A DNA stretch of 64,000 nucleotides, from assembly GCF_902713615.1 (NCBI RefSeq), contig NW_024055490.1, forward strand, positions 715,262 to 779,261, in the 5' to 3' direction. Under the pieces are notes generated by a model. The model was not told where the DNA came from. It worked only from the letters and a program-made list of their open reading frames with translations, and did not search any database. Position 1 is the first letter of the stretch. Each line of letters begins with the position of its first letter. This DNA is from Scyliorhinus canicula (taxonomy: Eukaryota). The translations under genes and the position numbers were made by a program. Below, one piece after another: positions 61,850 through 64,000 of this stretch.

Positions 61850-62600
61850 TGATTGACGGCAGCTCCAGACCAATAGGAAGAGGAGGGGCGGTACTGGAGG
61901 GCAGAACGGGAGCGGCTGGTCCTCCAACCAATCGGAGTGAATGAGGGGCGGGGCCCGCTGTGATTGAAGCATGCGCAGTGTGGGTAATGGCGATGTAGAG
62001 GGATGTCTTTTTCAGATCGGAAATCGGTATGAGGCGTTTAACAATACGGAGGGAGCGAGAGATCGCGGGGGTGGGCGGAAACGTTGGTTAAAGTTGTTGC
62101 AATCGCAAACCTCTGAAATGTTTACGGGACCCAGTTTGTACGGAGCGGAGCTGTAGCTCCTCATCTTCGGCTCGGGTTAACGGCCGCCATCTTTATTGGA
62201 TGTGCATCAGGGCGCATGCGCGTTTCTCATCTTTGTCGGGGCGATGTTTCAATGAGTGGGAGGAGCTTGTTCCCCATTGTTCAGAATGGAGACAACTTGT
62301 CCATCAAACTGGATTAGTCTTTCAGTCCCAATGTCTTATTGATGATGCAAAGCGGTGGCAGAGATGGAAAGAAAAGGAAGCCAATCCTGCTCTCCAGATT
62401 TCACTGTCTCATTGTCCATCCTGCCCGATGTGTCCAAAGCTCTGTGGCCCTGTTCAGCCACATGAAGACCCAGGGCAGAAACTCACAACCCTATGTCAGC
62501 ATGACCCTCAAATCAGGGGACTGCTGATGACGAGGGTCAGTGTGCAGCGGGGCGGGGGCGGGGGCGGGGGCGAGGCGTCATGAGCGGTAATCCTGGACCA
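61850..62600. promoter_or_regulatory. GC/CpG-rich promoter-like island
   Basis: CCAAT at 61870 and 61928, each followed by a GGGGCGG box; YY1-type GCCGCCATCTT at 62183; NRF1-type GCGCATGCGC at 62212; GC-box run at about 62547-62570. Confidence 0.65.
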
Positions 62601-63289
62601 GGGAGCAGGAAGAGAGGTCATTGTGAATTTCTATACTGAACTGACTAATTGATTTTGCAAACTCCTTTTATAGGGGATTAGTCGGGGAGGATTTACACAC
62701 AGCAAACTCAAACCAGGAGAAATGTTTATCTTTCCTGAATTTTATTTCTGGACTGACAGTGATGCCTTTGTAAACTTCTTTCACAGGGACTTAGAAAGGG
62801 ACAGGAAACTCACAACCAATCCTCACATCAAATTCTGACAGCACTTTTCTGGTGATCAGGACCTGGAGTTTATCGACCTTTGTGTGTAAGCATTGAGTTC
62901 AAATCATTACCACACTGTGTAAATTTTCTTCCTCATATCTCCCCTGTAGATCTTGCTCACAATCTTAAATCTGTGTCCCGTAATCCTTTTACAATCTGCT
63001 ATTGAACAGCTTTTCTTTATCTTTTGCTGGGTTTGCTGTTGTCATTTCCGGTGCCTGGGTCGCTGCCGGGAGGTCTGTCCGGTTTCATTCCCTTTTCCTG
63101 TTTTTGTAGCGGTTGAATGGGCTTGGACCAGTTCATTTAAGATCCAGAAAACAGTTGAAATCTCCTCCAAGAATTAGTTGATGTGTATCCATGTATGGGG
63201 GAACAATTCTTTTTACAAATGCCACATTGTCCTAGTTAGGGGCATAGCCATTCACCAGCATCACCAATGTACCCGCCAACCACCCACTG

Positions 63290-63758
63290 ACCACCGTGGT
63301 TACACTGCTGCCTCACGGCGCCGGGATCCCAGGTTCAGGTCACTGTCTGTGTGGAGTTTGCACATTCTCCCCGTGTTTGCCTTGGTTTCGGCTCCACAAC
63401 CCAAAGATGTCCAGGGTAGGTGGATTGGCCATGCTAAATTGCCCCTCAATCGGAAAAAATGAATTGGGCACTCTAAATTCATATTTAAAAAAAACATTAA
63501 CACTGCAATGAAGTTCCTGTGAAAAGCCCCTGGTCGCCACATTCCGGTGCCTGTTTGGGTACACAGAGGGAGAATTCAGAATGTCCAAATGACTTAACAG
63601 CATGTCTTTCGTGACTAGTGAGATTAAACCAGAGCACCCGGAGGAAACCCACATAGACACAGGGAGAACATGCAGACTCCGCACAGACAGTGACCCAAGC
63701 CAGGAATCGCACCTGGGATCCTGGAGCTGTGAAGCAACAGTGTTACCCACTGTGCTAC
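63290..63758. mobile_element. Tail-to-tail pair of V-SINEs (+ 63290-63490, - 63492-63758)
   Basis: Sense V domain at about 63345-63450 and antisense V domain at about 63630-63690. Confidence 0.75.
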
Positions 63759-63809
63759 AGTTACTACCTCTTAAAACATGTTGCTTGGCCAACAGAAAAC
63801 ATTATCAAA

Positions 63810-63899
63810 GGGCTTGTCCGGGATTTAAACCCGGGGCCTCCCGCAAATTTCGAAACCAAAACACCCGAAGCGAGAATCATACTCCCAGACCAATGAGCC
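63810..63899 (-). tRNA. tRNA-Pro(CGG)-like gene with an 18-nt insertion at the canonical intron site; probably a pseudogene
   Basis: Minus strand reads GGCTCATTGGTCTGGGAGTATGATTCTCGCTTCGGG[TGTTTTGGTTTCGAAATT]TGCGGGAGGCCCCGGGTTTAAATCCCGGACAAGCCC. It matches the vertebrate tRNA-Pro consensus from memory with 7 substitutions, including two acceptor-stem mispairs and T-loop TTC>TTT. Confidence 0.85.
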
Positions 63900-64000
63900 C
63901 CTCAATGAAGGCAGTCGCCTCCTCTGGAGTCTCAAAATGAAAGTCCTTGGACTCATCTGCAACTCGTAGCTTTGCTGGGTAAACCATCCCGAATGGAACT

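Overview
This is vertebrate (cartilaginous fish) genomic DNA. It is probably a catshark such as Scyliorhinus, inferred only from recalled SINE/LINE family style. The window holds one complete, unrearranged, apparently functional IgM heavy-chain cluster on the + strand: leader, VH(23-RSS), (12)D1(22), (12)D2(12), (23)JH, a ~12 kb intron, Cmu1-Cmu4 with secretory tail, then TM1/TM2 (37.75-60.16 kb). All exons are open and splice in phase. The first 36 kb is transposon-rich: CR1 LINEs (one with an intact 967-aa ORF2), a full-length L1-clade LINE with an 11-bp TSD, V-SINE/HE1-type and tRNA-Lys-like SINEs, and an old ~5-kb tandem duplication. The 3' end has a C2H2 zinc-finger remnant, a GC-rich promoter-like island and an intron-containing tRNA-Pro(CGG)-like gene. 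The most interesting unexplained structure is just 5' of Cmu1. About 5 kb of C/A-rich repeats flips abruptly to a G/A-rich CpG-rich block, followed by a 12 x 29-bp array with 23 AGCT AID hotspots. This resembles a proto-switch region in a lineage thought to lack S regions, but the array looks derived from a SINE head and function is untested. Repeat boundaries and identities are by eye; no alignment or database search was run.
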